From positions 32,761-96,760 of IMG/VR virus record IMGVR_UViG_2887663082_000001: 64,000 nucleotides of DNA; one strand, 5' to 3'. The notes under the pieces are model-generated. The model did no database searches. It was not told the origin of the DNA and saw nothing but the letters and a program-made list of their open reading frames with translations. Shown here one piece after another: positions 19,624 through 29,563 of the stretch (its first letter is position 1; every line of letters begins with the position of its first letter). The stretch comes from a virus (taxonomy: Duplodnaviria; Caudoviricetes). The translations under genes were made by a program, and so were the position numbers.

Positions 19624-20363
19624 TATTCGTCCCCCTTCAGGGCGCTAAGTACCGCTGCAGGTGTAATGGCGGTAATGGCACTGCCTACCGTGCTGTCATT
19701 CACTGACGAGTTAACCAATGCCACTGATATCGCGTTGCTATAGGCGGTTTGAGCAGAGTTGCAGCTGGTGACCGCATCTTGATAGATGGTATTCAGTGAG
19801 TCACCGGCAGCGGTGACAGCAGTCATTGCAGTTTTGAATCCGGCTACGGCATCTGCCAGCGCTTTTATCTGCGCGTCTGTGAGTGATACGCCAGCACCGA
19901 CGGCCAGAGATGTGTTTATGGCGTCCATTGCAGCTTTAAGGGCTGATGCATCGAGGGTGGCCAGCGCATCTCGCAGCGCCCCAGGATGTGTATCGTCAGT
20001 GATTGCTTTTGACACCGGCAACTCGGTTGCTTCCTGCTCGTTCGCTCGACAGTAGACATCCCAACCGATGGAAAGCTGGATCAATGCTGACGGTGATGTG
20101 TAACCACGAAGCAGTTGCGCGTGGTTGTCTGCAGACTTGGACAAGTCGGACAGACTGGCAGACCAAGTTGTTATCTGCGTGGTGTTGGCGCTGATCGTCG
20201 CCGGGTATTGGACCGTTGAAAGGATAAGCCCTTTCAGCAGCGTGCTGGTTGCCGCCGAGCTGGTGGCTGCTTCCGTACAGATGTTTACGGCTGGCGGTGT
20301 AATCATGCCACCGGCGGATACGAGCTCTTTGTACGCGTTTAGCTGATTTGTTGTTGAGAGCAT
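19623..20363 (-). CDS. upfB: P1 UpfB-like protein
   Basis: QLNAYKELVSAGGM..IGWDVYCRANE..ELPVS. Confidence 0.8.
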   Translation of the reverse strand: MLSTTNQLNAYKELVSAGGMITPPAVNICTEAATSSAATSTLLKGLILSTVQYPATISANTTQITTWSASLSDLSKSADNHAQLLRGYTSPSALIQLSIGWDVYCRANEQEATELPVSKAITDDTHPGALRDALATLDASALKAAMDAINTSLAVGAGVSLTDAQIKALADAVAGFKTAMTAVTAAGDSLNTIYQDAVTSCNSAQTAYSNAISVALVNSSVNDSTVGSAITAITPAAVLSALKGDE

Positions 20364-20365
20364 GA

Positions 20366-20650
20366 TTATCCAACCTTAACGAGGGGATCGCCGCTGGTAA
20401 CGGTCGAGCCGCAAGATACCGGGTCGCCTTCGCACACCACGGCTTTCCCGCCGATAGTGAACCAGGGGCGGGTTGATAAGGCGTTACCCGGATGAGAAGA
20501 GTTGCCGTCAGAGTGTTCGGGGTAGGCGTTGCCCTCCACCAGCACGCCAATACCGTTTACCTTTACGAATTCAACGGCCTCAGCTGGCGGCCTGGAGGGG
20601 AAACCTCCGTGCCCGGAACAAATTGAGGTTTTTACAGCGATGTTCGACAT
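20366..20650 (-). CDS. upfC: PAAR-like spike tip protein (P1 UpfC); start ATG 20650
   Basis: CSGHGGFP, H, GDPVSCGS PAAR motifs. Confidence 0.85.
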   Translation of the reverse strand: MSNIAVKTSICSGHGGFPSRPPAEAVEFVKVNGIGVLVEGNAYPEHSDGNSSHPGNALSTRPWFTIGGKAVVCEGDPVSCGSTVTSGDPLVKVG

Positions 20651-20700
20651 AAAAAAGCCCACAGTTGTTGAGACTGTGGGCAGTGTATGGATAGTTACAT
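20648..20700 (-). promoter_or_regulatory. Late promoter with hairpin over the upfC RBS
   Basis: ATGTAAC-TATCCA-TACACT followed by GCCCACAGT/ACTGTGGGC-TTTTTT-ATG. Confidence 0.75.
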
Positions 20701-20880
20701 TTAAAGGGGATGCTTCGAAGTAACAATTGAGGTTAGTAGGTAAAAAATGGGTGTGTATCAATATAAAGTGCTTGTGTTATGCACTAAAACACTAGATGTA
20801 GTAGAGAAAGTCAGATGAAAAATTAAACATGTGTTTTGGTTAATACATGATATTATTACATTATTAAGAGAGGGGGGATT

Positions 20881-21480
20881 ATGTCTCAAGAAATGAAAAT
20901 TGAGTCTATTCAAAAATTCAATATGCCACGTGTACCGCAGTCGGTGTACACCCAGGCCATTGCTGCAGCTAAGCTAGCTAACCTTCCCTGTGAATCAATT
21001 AAGGCCATTGAGGCGATCAAAGCTGCCCAAGAGATGAACGTTGTGAAAATGACAAAACATCCCTCTATACAGCAGATTATGGCTGCAGCGAAGGCTGCGA
21101 GCGGATTGTCATCAACTGGCCCTCTGCCGGACGTTAACGCCATAAACATAGTTATATCGAATTTAATGGCGCACTCTAAGGTCGAAGATTTAGCGGTAGG
21201 ACCGTTGTCTAAAGCCGATATGGACAACGCTCGCTCTTTGCTAAATGCAAGAAACAATATCGAAGTCTTGCTTCAGGAAACCCGCTATGAAACGGAATTA
21301 CTACGAGCTCATATCAATGAGTACGTAACTCCGGCTAAGTCGGTTTGGGAGACCATTATAAATTGGTTCTCACCTAAAAAAGATAACAATGATTATTACC
21401 ATAAATCACTTAACGCAGCACTGGCCAACTCCATGGACTCGGTTAATGTCGCTCTTAAAAAAAGTGGGCTGTTTAAATAA
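20881..21480 (+). CDS. Hypothetical protein (accessory)
   Basis: 199-aa ORF with RBS (GAGGGG); opposite strand to the phage backbone. Confidence 0.7.
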   Translation: MSQEMKIESIQKFNMPRVPQSVYTQAIAAAKLANLPCESIKAIEAIKAAQEMNVVKMTKHPSIQQIMAAAKAASGLSSTGPLPDVNAINIVISNLMAHSKVEDLAVGPLSKADMDNARSLLNARNNIEVLLQETRYETELLRAHINEYVTPAKSVWETIINWFSPKKDNNDYYHKSLNAALANSMDSVNVALKKSGLFK

Positions 21481-21512
21481 TTAAGTGGCTTGGATGCCAT
21501 TTTTTCTTTGGA

Positions 21513-22109
21513 TTGTTTATGGCAAGTACCGATACAGAACCTAAGTATGTGTTCGACAAACTGGTTAGGAACAAAAACGACGCTCTCCAGTTACTCTCCT
21601 ATGCGCTTTACTGTGCAGCCAAAAATGGCATGGCGCACAAATGGCACAAGGAAGGTAGAACTCAGCTGGAAATTGATGCCAATTTAAAGGCTTACCATCA
21701 GACCATTGCACAGGACTCTGACGTCCAACTTTTATTTCATGAAAGTGCAAAGAAGCTTCATGCTGAATATACCCAAAGTGTGAGAGCCAAAGCTATAAGC
21801 GAATTTGTAGAAAAGATACAAGTTAATCAGGTTTCCAAGGAATCAACTTGGCAATGGGCAAAAACTAAACTCTGGGATGCAGTAGCTGGCGTTGCTGCTT
21901 CGGTAGTCGTCATTGTCTTATGTGTCGGGCTGGCATCATTGTTCGCGGGAAAAGAAAAGCGAGACGCTATACTTGAAGCTGGTGCTGAAGAAGCAAAAGA
22001 TATGGTCAATGGTAACCTTCCTGTTATAGATAAATACCGTGACATTATGGCTAAAAAGCATTCTTCGAAGGAGCATCAAGCTAACGTAGAACAAACCACA
22101 TTGAAATAA
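21513..22109 (+). CDS. Hypothetical single-TM protein (accessory)
   Basis: Helical N-terminal domain and TM segment AVAGVAASVVVIVLCVGLASLFAG; terminator follows. Confidence 0.7.
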   Translation: MFMASTDTEPKYVFDKLVRNKNDALQLLSYALYCAAKNGMAHKWHKEGRTQLEIDANLKAYHQTIAQDSDVQLLFHESAKKLHAEYTQSVRAKAISEFVEKIQVNQVSKESTWQWAKTKLWDAVAGVAASVVVIVLCVGLASLFAGKEKRDAILEAGAEEAKDMVNGNLPVIDKYRDIMAKKHSSKEHQANVEQTTLK

Positions 22110-22163
22110 AGCCCTTACGGGCTTTATTTGATTCAGAATTAAACTCAACCCTTTTTAAAGGCC

Positions 22164-22859
22164 TCATACTTCCGCTTTAAACTCGCGGAGTTTCGCCATG
22201 GCCTTATCCAGATCTGACATCCCATCAACCATCGAGTCGAAAGCTTTTGTCACTTTCTGATACGCCTGAAGCACTTCGCGGCGTATAGGTTCCAGCTGCT
22301 TAGTGATAGCGTCACGAGCTGTCAGCGATTCTTTTACTTCTTTGGCGCGAGTGCTGGCCATCTCGGAAATTTTCATCAGCTGCTCTGGGCTGAATCCGGC
22401 CAGTGGATCGGATGAATGTGATTGATTAAGTTGTTTTGAAATCATGGTTTCTTCTCTAAGACGATTAAGGCATTTGCGGCAAGTTTCCAGCGGCTTGCCG
22501 TAGTTATCAGGAAATTCAGAAAGAGGTTTGCTTATGCCGCATGACATGCATTGGTGCTCTGTAGGGGCGGCTTTACTCCACGAACGCACAACCTCATCCA
22601 ATTCAACTTCAACGGAATCGACAAACTTCATGTGCTGAAACCAGATTTTTTCTTTTCCCGGCTTGCCAGTTCGCTTGACCTTCAGCGCGTTGGTAGATTC
22701 GATAATCTCTACCAGCTGCTTACGCTCTTTTTTGCTTAAAACCGTGTATGCATCCACCTTATACAGATCGGACTCTTCCACACCGTTGGGATAGCGTAAT
22801 ACGTATGCTTTCACCCGGCTAAGAGCCCGCTCTAAATTAGGCGGGGTCGTTCTGCCCAT
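22164..22859 (-). CDS. Hypothetical protein with CxxC..CxxC zinc ribbon and coiled coil
   Basis: CMSC..CRKC; translationally coupled to dam. Confidence 0.7.
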   Translation of the reverse strand: MGRTTPPNLERALSRVKAYVLRYPNGVEESDLYKVDAYTVLSKKERKQLVEIIESTNALKVKRTGKPGKEKIWFQHMKFVDSVEVELDEVVRSWSKAAPTEHQCMSCGISKPLSEFPDNYGKPLETCRKCLNRLREETMISKQLNQSHSSDPLAGFSPEQLMKISEMASTRAKEVKESLTARDAITKQLEPIRREVLQAYQKVTKAFDSMVDGMSDLDKAMAKLREFKAEV

Positions 22860-23719
22860 TATTGAAGTACCCCCAAAATATCAGTTGTGGTTTCGCGTGA
22901 GCCGCCGTTACACGAAATCGACTGGCGGCGCGGTATGTGATGAATAGTGAAGCCTGCGTGGCGATAAAGCTCATCGATGGCGGGGGCGCAGGAATTGGAT
23001 ATGACAATTTTCGCTCCACGCCGGTGGGCGGTGGTGCATGCGTTTACGAGGTCTGTCTGATCCTGCCAGTTGAATCCGCCGGGAGTGTACTCTCCGAACA
23101 TTGGTTGTCCGGGCAGTGGTTCATAAGGGGGATCGCAGTAAACCACGTCGCCCTCACCGGCGAGGCTGATGGTCTTGCGGAAATCGCTATGCATGAACAC
23201 GAAATTGTGGGCGTTCTGCGCGAAAGCTATGATTTCATCTTCCGGGAAGTAGGGCGCTTTGTAGTGTCCAAAGCTGGTGTTGAATCCACCAGAAAGGTTG
23301 TATCGCATCAGGCCGTTGTAACTATGCCGGTTCAGAAATAGAAACGCTGCAGCGCGCTCAGGCCCGTTAAGCATTTGGAGATTGAACTCCTTACGGACAT
23401 TTGAATAACCGCTTGGGGTGTTGTTATTTTCAAAATATCTGCGCGCCCTCCTGATAACGATATCCGGAACAACGGACAGCATTTGATACATCGCGATGAG
23501 GTCCGGATTGACGTCAGCCAGTAGGAACGAACCGTGTTTATCTGAGTTGGTAAAGACCGAACCACCGCCCACAAACGGCTCAATTAGGCGCAGGCCCTCC
23601 GGAATAAGGGGCAAAATTTGTTGCAGCTGACGCTGCTTACCACCAGCCCATTTCAAAACGGAATTAATTATTCGATTTGGTCCTGGAGGGCGGCTTTTAA
23701 GGTCCTCACGACTACTCAT
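22859..23719 (-). CDS. dam: DNA adenine methylase (Dam family)
   Basis: LKWAGGK, EPFVGGG, YCDPPY and RRQSIS motifs. Confidence 0.93.
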   Translation of the reverse strand: MSSREDLKSRPPGPNRIINSVLKWAGGKQRQLQQILPLIPEGLRLIEPFVGGGSVFTNSDKHGSFLLADVNPDLIAMYQMLSVVPDIVIRRARRYFENNNTPSGYSNVRKEFNLQMLNGPERAAAFLFLNRHSYNGLMRYNLSGGFNTSFGHYKAPYFPEDEIIAFAQNAHNFVFMHSDFRKTISLAGEGDVVYCDPPYEPLPGQPMFGEYTPGGFNWQDQTDLVNACTTAHRRGAKIVISNSCAPAIDELYRHAGFTIHHIPRRQSISCNGGSRETTTDILGVLQ

Positions 23720-24618
23720 CGTTTAGCCTCGCCTCCGAGGGCATCGACAATGTTAGAAACGATGCTATCAAGTTCACCGGCCAAAAGGATAATGTCGGCA
23801 GACTGCCGCTGAAGCACATCTTCTGACTCGATATCGGAATTTTGGTCCACCAGCTCATCAGCGAATTTAACACCGCTGAACATGGCGGAATCGTCGATTG
23901 AGAAATTCACCCGGTCCGTACAAAGCGCGAGCTTTGTTATCAGCTTACCGGCGGCGATCATTGTCTTAACCTCATCGCTGGAAAGGTCCTGCTTACTCAG
24001 CTTTGCGCAACCGCCATCTTCCAGGATTGCTTTCAAATCAGCCTTCTCGCCAAGCGTGTAACCTGCTGGTGGAGCATCGTTACGAACCCATTCAGTGAGT
24101 GTTAGCTCGATAGGTGATTCTATGGTTAGCGGGACAACTGGCAGCGATCCGAGTGCCTTACGCAGCAGGGCCAGCGCATCTTCTGATTTACGAGCACCGG
24201 TATTGATGAACAGCAGCTGGGATTTTGTGGAGTAGATAATCTGGGTTTTTTCAGTTGCTGTGAATGCGCGCGGGAGAAGGGCATGCAACACTTCATCTCT
24301 GAGGGCATCCTTCTCGGTTTTTTTGAGCTTGCGCCCCTGGTCCGATTCCAGTTTCGAGATTTTTTCGTTTAAAGCTTTCTTCAGAACGTGTCCGGGAAGC
24401 AGCTTCTTCTCGCGCTGGAAAGTGAGGGATATGAACCCGCTAGCCTCGAAATACAGCATGTCGGTACCGAGAGGGCTGACAAAACCGGTTCCCGCCATAT
24501 CCTGGCTGCCACATGGAGAGAACTTGAATTCGGGCAGAGCTGGCGCAAGGGTCTCAGCATCGATGTCCATATCACGAGATAGACGATAGACGGCGAAATT
24601 ACGGAATTCTTTGAACAT
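23716..24618 (-). CDS. rdgC: Recombination-associated protein RdgC (P1 HrdC)
   Basis: FRNFAVYRL, LLPRAF, ALLRKALGSLPVVPL, ALGGE. Confidence 0.93.
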   Translation of the reverse strand: MFKEFRNFAVYRLSRDMDIDAETLAPALPEFKFSPCGSQDMAGTGFVSPLGTDMLYFEASGFISLTFQREKKLLPGHVLKKALNEKISKLESDQGRKLKKTEKDALRDEVLHALLPRAFTATEKTQIIYSTKSQLLFINTGARKSEDALALLRKALGSLPVVPLTIESPIELTLTEWVRNDAPPAGYTLGEKADLKAILEDGGCAKLSKQDLSSDEVKTMIAAGKLITKLALCTDRVNFSIDDSAMFSGVKFADELVDQNSDIESEDVLQRQSADIILLAGELDSIVSNIVDALGGEAKR

Positions 24619-24869
24619 TATGAGGACGCCTTACTGTATTCAACGGTAAAGCTGGGCACTCCGAATTCCTTCAGAAACTCAACAGGAGGAACGATGTTGG
24701 ACCAGATCCGGGGCTTGCTGCCGATTGTTCCCAGGATCAGCTCTGTACCATCGACGCAGCGGGCGATGATGCAATGCTCTTTTCCATTAACACTGATAAC
24801 GTACTGATCGAACTTCCCGGCGGTCATTTCATGAATGAAGTTCGCCCGGTTTAATATGATTTGGGCCAT
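24618..24869 (-). CDS. Small hypothetical protein, first gene of the early operon
   Basis: Coupled to rdgC; RBS GGAG; operator just upstream. Confidence 0.65.
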   Translation of the reverse strand: MAQIILNRANFIHEMTAGKFDQYVISVNGKEHCIIARCVDGTELILGTIGSKPRIWSNIVPPVEFLKEFGVPSFTVEYSKASS

Positions 24870-24894
24870 TTAGCATTACTCCGATAAACAGAAT

Positions 24895-24912
24895 TTACAG
24901 AGTATACTAATT
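24895..24912 (-). promoter_or_regulatory. C1-type operator (AATTAGTATACTCTGTAA)
   Basis: Member of an 18-bp asymmetric motif recurring upstream of many operons. Confidence 0.7.
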
Positions 24913-25179
24913 TTTAGCGTAAATGATATTGGTTGTTCCGATTGAACTGGCATTTTTTAGCTTGGTTTCAAGGTGGAATCGGTCGTATTTTGCCTTTTTT
25001 TAATGCAGTTTTGTTACGGATGATACTAAATGACACGCTGACGCGGCGGGAGCAAGGTGCGCAAACATGGCGCTTAACGTTATGATTTATGGATGCATGA
25101 AGAGTGTATGATGTATTCCTACAAGGTGTACTTAGTACATCCTTTGTAAAATCAAAGGCTGTACTAAGTGTTTACTCGT

Positions 25180-25791
25180 TTATCCCTTGTCTATTTTCAC
25201 CTGAGCGCCTTTCAGCGATATGGTCCCTGCTGCCGTCATATCAATATTGGCATCAGACTTTATGGTCATATCAGCGGTCGAATGGATGAAGAGGGTGAGC
25301 TGGCTGCTAATGTATAGCTGCCCGGAGTCGTTCATACCTAAAGTTGAACCGGAGGCCTTATGGGTCACAGACCATGAACCACTTTGGTTACGGATCTCCA
25401 GCAAACCATTACGGTCAAGAACGTAGTCTTTACCCGGTGTTACGGTCGCTACATCAGGCGCGCCCTCTACAGCTGGTGGAACGTAAGGAGAGCCTTGCCC
25501 GGATGCTTCAGGAGCAGCGTCAGGAACTCCACCTGGTGAGTCAGTAGCCCGCCCTACTATGCGTGGCCGCGTACTATCCCCGTTGTAAGGGAAATCAACC
25601 CAGACACCATCTCCGGGGAGCAATGGAATAAACGCGCCGTTATCGGGCGGCATGCGCTCTGCCCATGGGAGGTCCCGATCCGGAATACTTTCCCAGACAC
25701 CCACCAGCCGCACCGTTACACGCAACAAATTGCTGGGGTCGTCTACTGTCACAACTTTTGCCCGCTGCGGGCCGTTAATTAGTCCCGTCAT
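25180..25791 (-). CDS. Baseplate spike protein (P1 gp5-like; OB fold + beta-helix)
   Basis: DP..RV.V..LPWAE..GD.VWV.F..GD..RP gpV/gp5 motif. Confidence 0.88.
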   Translation of the reverse strand: MTGLINGPQRAKVVTVDDPSNLLRVTVRLVGVWESIPDRDLPWAERMPPDNGAFIPLLPGDGVWVDFPYNGDSTRPRIVGRATDSPGGVPDAAPEASGQGSPYVPPAVEGAPDVATVTPGKDYVLDRNGLLEIRNQSGSWSVTHKASGSTLGMNDSGQLYISSQLTLFIHSTADMTIKSDANIDMTAAGTISLKGAQVKIDKG

Positions 25792-26782
25792 AAATTACCC
25801 CCAGAACAGCGCGAGTCACATATCCGAAGCGATCTTCCTGATGTGCAGCAACACGAACGATTAATTTGGTTGGGACCGACTCATCAAGCCCGCTTTCACT
25901 GTTGTAGTTGTGGATCAGCACCTTTACCGGTAACCCCGGCGTTATTGCAGAATTACCGGTCACCTCAACATCGATTTTCGGAAGCAGGAAGGTGGATAGA
26001 TTGTTTAATGCCGTCTGGTCGTCAACGCTGACCATTTTAACCGGCCAGGACTTGTCACCGGCTGTTAGGAGGCCTTTGGTTGGATGATATGCCATAAGCC
26101 GGTATTGCCGGGAGCGTATGTACTGGTCGTCGTTGTTGAGCTTAGCGAAGCGGTTGAGGCGCAGCGGCGCTTTTGGATTGTTGGCTTCATACGTCAGCGC
26201 CGGTGACGAACGCGAGAGCGTGGCCATGCTTTTGACATTAATCGTGCCTCGGCATACCCAACAAAGGGCACCGGCCTCCTGTGCCATTTGCGCCAGCACG
26301 CCGCTGGGTTTTTGGCCCATGTTGAGGTGATACGTACCGAGTTTTTTAAAGTTGTCAGCGCTTACTGTCAGCGCGGTCGCCAGCGCGCTCACAATATTCG
26401 CCGGTTGCTTCTTAACGAAAAACTGTGGCTTCGGTGCCGGTTGCTTTAGAGCTTTCACCTTTTCGCTGAAGGCAATAATGGTAACCATGTCTGAAGATTG
26501 AGGCGCTTTAAGAACCTCGAACGTATCAACCCACGTCGTGTTACCTAATCCCTGGGGATCACCAAAGCTGCAGGTAAGGATAGTCCCTTTCTTCACACCC
26601 AGTTGGTCGACGACATAGCTGGAGCTGTCGTGTATCTCCAGTCTCAGCTGTGGGCCGGTCAAATCGGCTATCTCGATATAAAGGCAGCTCGCAATCATCG
26701 ACCGAGGGATCTCAGTACTGCCTATTTTTACTGACTGCAAGAAGAGCTGAGAGCGCTTATCTGAACTGCCATTAGTCGCCAT
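25775..26782 (-). CDS. Baseplate hub protein (P1 gp6-like)
   Basis: LFLQSV..YIE.ADL.GP.L; synteny. Confidence 0.78.
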   Translation of the reverse strand: MATNGSSDKRSQLFLQSVKIGSTEIPRSMIASCLYIEIADLTGPQLRLEIHDSSSYVVDQLGVKKGTILTCSFGDPQGLGNTTWVDTFEVLKAPQSSDMVTIIAFSEKVKALKQPAPKPQFFVKKQPANIVSALATALTVSADNFKKLGTYHLNMGQKPSGVLAQMAQEAGALCWVCRGTINVKSMATLSRSSPALTYEANNPKAPLRLNRFAKLNNDDQYIRSRQYRLMAYHPTKGLLTAGDKSWPVKMVSVDDQTALNNLSTFLLPKIDVEVTGNSAITPGLPVKVLIHNYNSESGLDESVPTKLIVRVAAHQEDRFGYVTRAVLGVIYDGTN

Positions 26783-27587
26783 ACGGGACCTTCCCTGATT
26801 CAGTCATTACGCCGGTACCGCCGCCAGCGAAAACATCAATAGTCCCTGTTGCGGGAACCCCTTTCCACGCTGAGTACAGTGGCGCTAATACGGCGAAAGA
26901 GATAGCAGAGGCAAATACACGATTGGTTGCTAGCGGTAGAGAGAGGTTGTCGATGATCGCCGCCTTGGGATCACGAATCTGACATTTCATCTCTATTGAC
27001 GCGCCAGCGAGCACCGTGAGCGCGCTGAAGCTCGTATTCCCATAGTTGGTGAATTGCCTGAACCACGATGCAAAAACGCCAGTAAGAGCGTTTAACACCT
27101 CTTTTTCGTTAGCCAGTATCATCAATGAGTAAGAGATCTCGATGGGCGTATTGCTCAGTAATGCACACGGCTTACCGTCTGCCCCACTAATATAGCCACC
27201 ATCATAGTCATCACTAACGATCGTATTATCGTGCAGTTGGAAGCCTGGCGTGCGGCCAAGGTTCAGCACCGGCAGCGAGTTTGTATTCATTTCCGGCGCG
27301 TTCGCGCTGAGTCGTCGTCCCGCACCAGCTGCGCGGTAGGCTCTGAGAAATGCTTCAACGTCGTCGAATTCTCCAAACTTCAGCTGGTCACTCTTTTCGC
27401 GCGCCAAAAACTCTTTAAGCGGTTTGGCCCATGGCCTCGAGTCGGTCAGCTCAATGTCTTCCAGTGCAGCCAAAAGAGTATTGCCAAGACCAGCGTCGAC
27501 GTCGCTGGTGGATGAGAGCTCGCGCTTCCCGGTAGGCTTCAGCAAAGCCTTTTTAAAGCGCATCAGTAAAATATCGTTAATCGCCAT
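26772..27587 (-). CDS. P1 gp24-like tail terminator/stability protein; likely start ATG 27587
   Basis: GAGRR..LPVLNLGR; synteny. Confidence 0.72.
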   Translation of the reverse strand: MAINDILLMRFKKALLKPTGKRELSSTSDVDAGLGNTLLAALEDIELTDSRPWAKPLKEFLAREKSDQLKFGEFDDVEAFLRAYRAAGAGRRLSANAPEMNTNSLPVLNLGRTPGFQLHDNTIVSDDYDGGYISGADGKPCALLSNTPIEISYSLMILANEKEVLNALTGVFASWFRQFTNYGNTSFSALTVLAGASIEMKCQIRDPKAAIIDNLSLPLATNRVFASAISFAVLAPLYSAWKGVPATGTIDVFAGGGTGVMTESGKVPYGD

Positions 27588-28335
27588 CAGATACAGACTC
27601 CTCGAATGTACGACACGGAATGCAGTAGAAAAGGGTGCCCACAGCGGCGGTGCCATAGTTGAATTTACGGTGTACGTACCACCAGCGGCGCGTTACTTCG
27701 CCAGAAGCGAGCTCTTCATTCCACTCCAGGATTGAACCGATCGAGATATCGAGGGCGGCCACACGGAGTATCAGTGAATCTTCTTGATAGCCTGTGTTGT
27801 CGTCCTCCTCGTTCATACTGAGATAGCTATCCATTTCGTCCGGACAGTCGAGGACCTTCACGATCTCCGGTTCGCCGTAGGATAGCGTTTCCTGATTGGG
27901 GTCCAGACGTTCTGCCTGCATAACTTCGAAGCCATCATCATCAATCTGAGCATCGATAGAGTTAGCGCGATACAGCAGAGCATCGAAGGAAAGCGGGTCC
28001 TTTATGATCGCTAAAGCCCACGCTTCGCGGTATAGGTCGTTGAAACCTTTGTGGCCAAGAAATCGAGCGCGCAAATCACTGTTAGCAGGGCGGGAAAGCA
28101 TTGCACCAGTGATTGCAACAGGCGCTTCAGTTGGTTCTCCCTGCGCGCTGGGAATGTCTTGTTTTGCTGATGGCTCATCTATATGGTCCGCAACTGGTTG
28201 CAAGGTTTCGAAGGCGGTTGCACCAGCGTTGGTGCCGGAGACAGTATCAGCAGCAGTAGTGTCGCCATCAGGAACACCACCAGCCAGCGGGATATCGTCG
28301 TCGTTAGCGATAAGATCGTCATAGAAGCCTGCCAT
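27577..28335 (-). CDS. P1 gp7-like tail/neck protein
   Basis: VLDCPDEMDS..GSILEW.E..WWYVH..YGTA.VG.L.YCIP. Confidence 0.75.
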   Translation of the reverse strand: MAGFYDDLIANDDDIPLAGGVPDGDTTAADTVSGTNAGATAFETLQPVADHIDEPSAKQDIPSAQGEPTEAPVAITGAMLSRPANSDLRARFLGHKGFNDLYREAWALAIIKDPLSFDALLYRANSIDAQIDDDGFEVMQAERLDPNQETLSYGEPEIVKVLDCPDEMDSYLSMNEEDDNTGYQEDSLILRVAALDISIGSILEWNEELASGEVTRRWWYVHRKFNYGTAAVGTLFYCIPCRTFEESVSDGD

Positions 28336-29546
28336 TATTGTTTACCCTGTTGCGAGGCGAGCCATTTTTTGAAGGCTGTCTCTGCTTGTTGGTCGGTCAT
28401 GCCGGTCATTTTCATAGCCTGAATGAATCCTTGTTTTTTCAGCTTGAGCTGTTCCTGAAGTTGAGCCTTCATCGCCTCCTGTTGTTTTTTCAGGAGTGCA
28501 TTTTCAGCCCGCGTCGTTTTGAGTTCTGCCGCTTTTCGTTTGAGCGCGTTACGCGTGGTAGAAGCCTGTTTTCTCAGCCTCTCGATCTTGTCCTTTTCAG
28601 TTCGCTGGACCTTGGCGAATCCCCGCTGCGCAGCCTGGTACTTTTCAAACTCGCGGCTTATCTTTGCCTGGTCAGTCTGGTCTGAGCGGTTACGGGCTAA
28701 AGCCTTCTGTTCCTTGTCAGTGAATACTTTGGTCGTACGCTTTTTGTCGTCCCCAAAAGCTACCTGTTCCGCTGCTTTCTTCATCTGAGTTCCCAGCTGG
28801 CGCTGCCAGGTTGACGACTGGAAACGGGTCATGACGTGGAGCACGTGCTTACAGGCCGCGCCCACCAGATCCGGGTTGCGGATCTTCGGGAAAGCGTATT
28901 CAGCTGGTGGCTTTAATGCGTAATTCCCTGCGGTGGCCATATAGCGGAACCAATACTGATGGCGGCCACAATCACAGTCGAAAGAAACACGGCCTTTCGC
29001 CAGATTCTTAGCCAGTGTGGCCAGACTCACTTTTTCATCGCCGACGTCCTCCACGTAGCGATCCCATTCTTCGAAGCGCACGCGCACCAGGTGGTTATCG
29101 TCTACAGAGGCGTCAGAGGCGTTAACTTTCACGTCAGCGATATTGTGGCGGAGCCGGATGAAGATGGCCGACTTGATGCCGGTGCCATCGGACACTTTGT
29201 TGTTGGCGCGCTTCACGTCGATCTGAGTGGACATGGCCACCAGCTGCGCGTAGGTAATCCCCGCCTGCTCACTGCTGAAGGCGGTACGGTGGCCCGCCCG
29301 CTTCTCAATAAAGTTCTTCAGGTCCTCAGGCGTGAAGAAAGTGCCGTCCTTCTTCTTACCGAGTTTGAGGATCTCATCGACGCTCTTATTACGCATACGC
29401 GCGGGCGTAAGCGTGCGGTGCGCGCCACGGCGATTGGCGCGCTGCCCCTTACGGATTTTGTTGAACACCTTCAGGAAGTCGGCTGCCGAAAGCCCATGCG
29501 TGGCATAGCGACCGTTATCCTTCTTCTCAAAGCTGGGGGAGGGCAT
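28335..29546 (-). CDS. P1 gp25-like protein with SWIM-type zinc finger
   Basis: GRVSFDCDCGRHQYW.RYMATAGNYA..CKH. Confidence 0.85.
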   Translation of the reverse strand: MPSPSFEKKDNGRYATHGLSAADFLKVFNKIRKGQRANRRGAHRTLTPARMRNKSVDEILKLGKKKDGTFFTPEDLKNFIEKRAGHRTAFSSEQAGITYAQLVAMSTQIDVKRANNKVSDGTGIKSAIFIRLRHNIADVKVNASDASVDDNHLVRVRFEEWDRYVEDVGDEKVSLATLAKNLAKGRVSFDCDCGRHQYWFRYMATAGNYALKPPAEYAFPKIRNPDLVGAACKHVLHVMTRFQSSTWQRQLGTQMKKAAEQVAFGDDKKRTTKVFTDKEQKALARNRSDQTDQAKISREFEKYQAAQRGFAKVQRTEKDKIERLRKQASTTRNALKRKAAELKTTRAENALLKKQQEAMKAQLQEQLKLKKQGFIQAMKMTGMTDQQAETAFKKWLASQQGKQ

Positions 29547-29563
29547 CAGCTATTAATCCTGTT

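Noticed and set aside
25056-25090. Xer dif/cer-like site (GGTGCGCAAAC..TTATGATTTAT)
   Set aside because: The putative arms are 13 bp apart rather than 6-8 bp, and the matches are weak.
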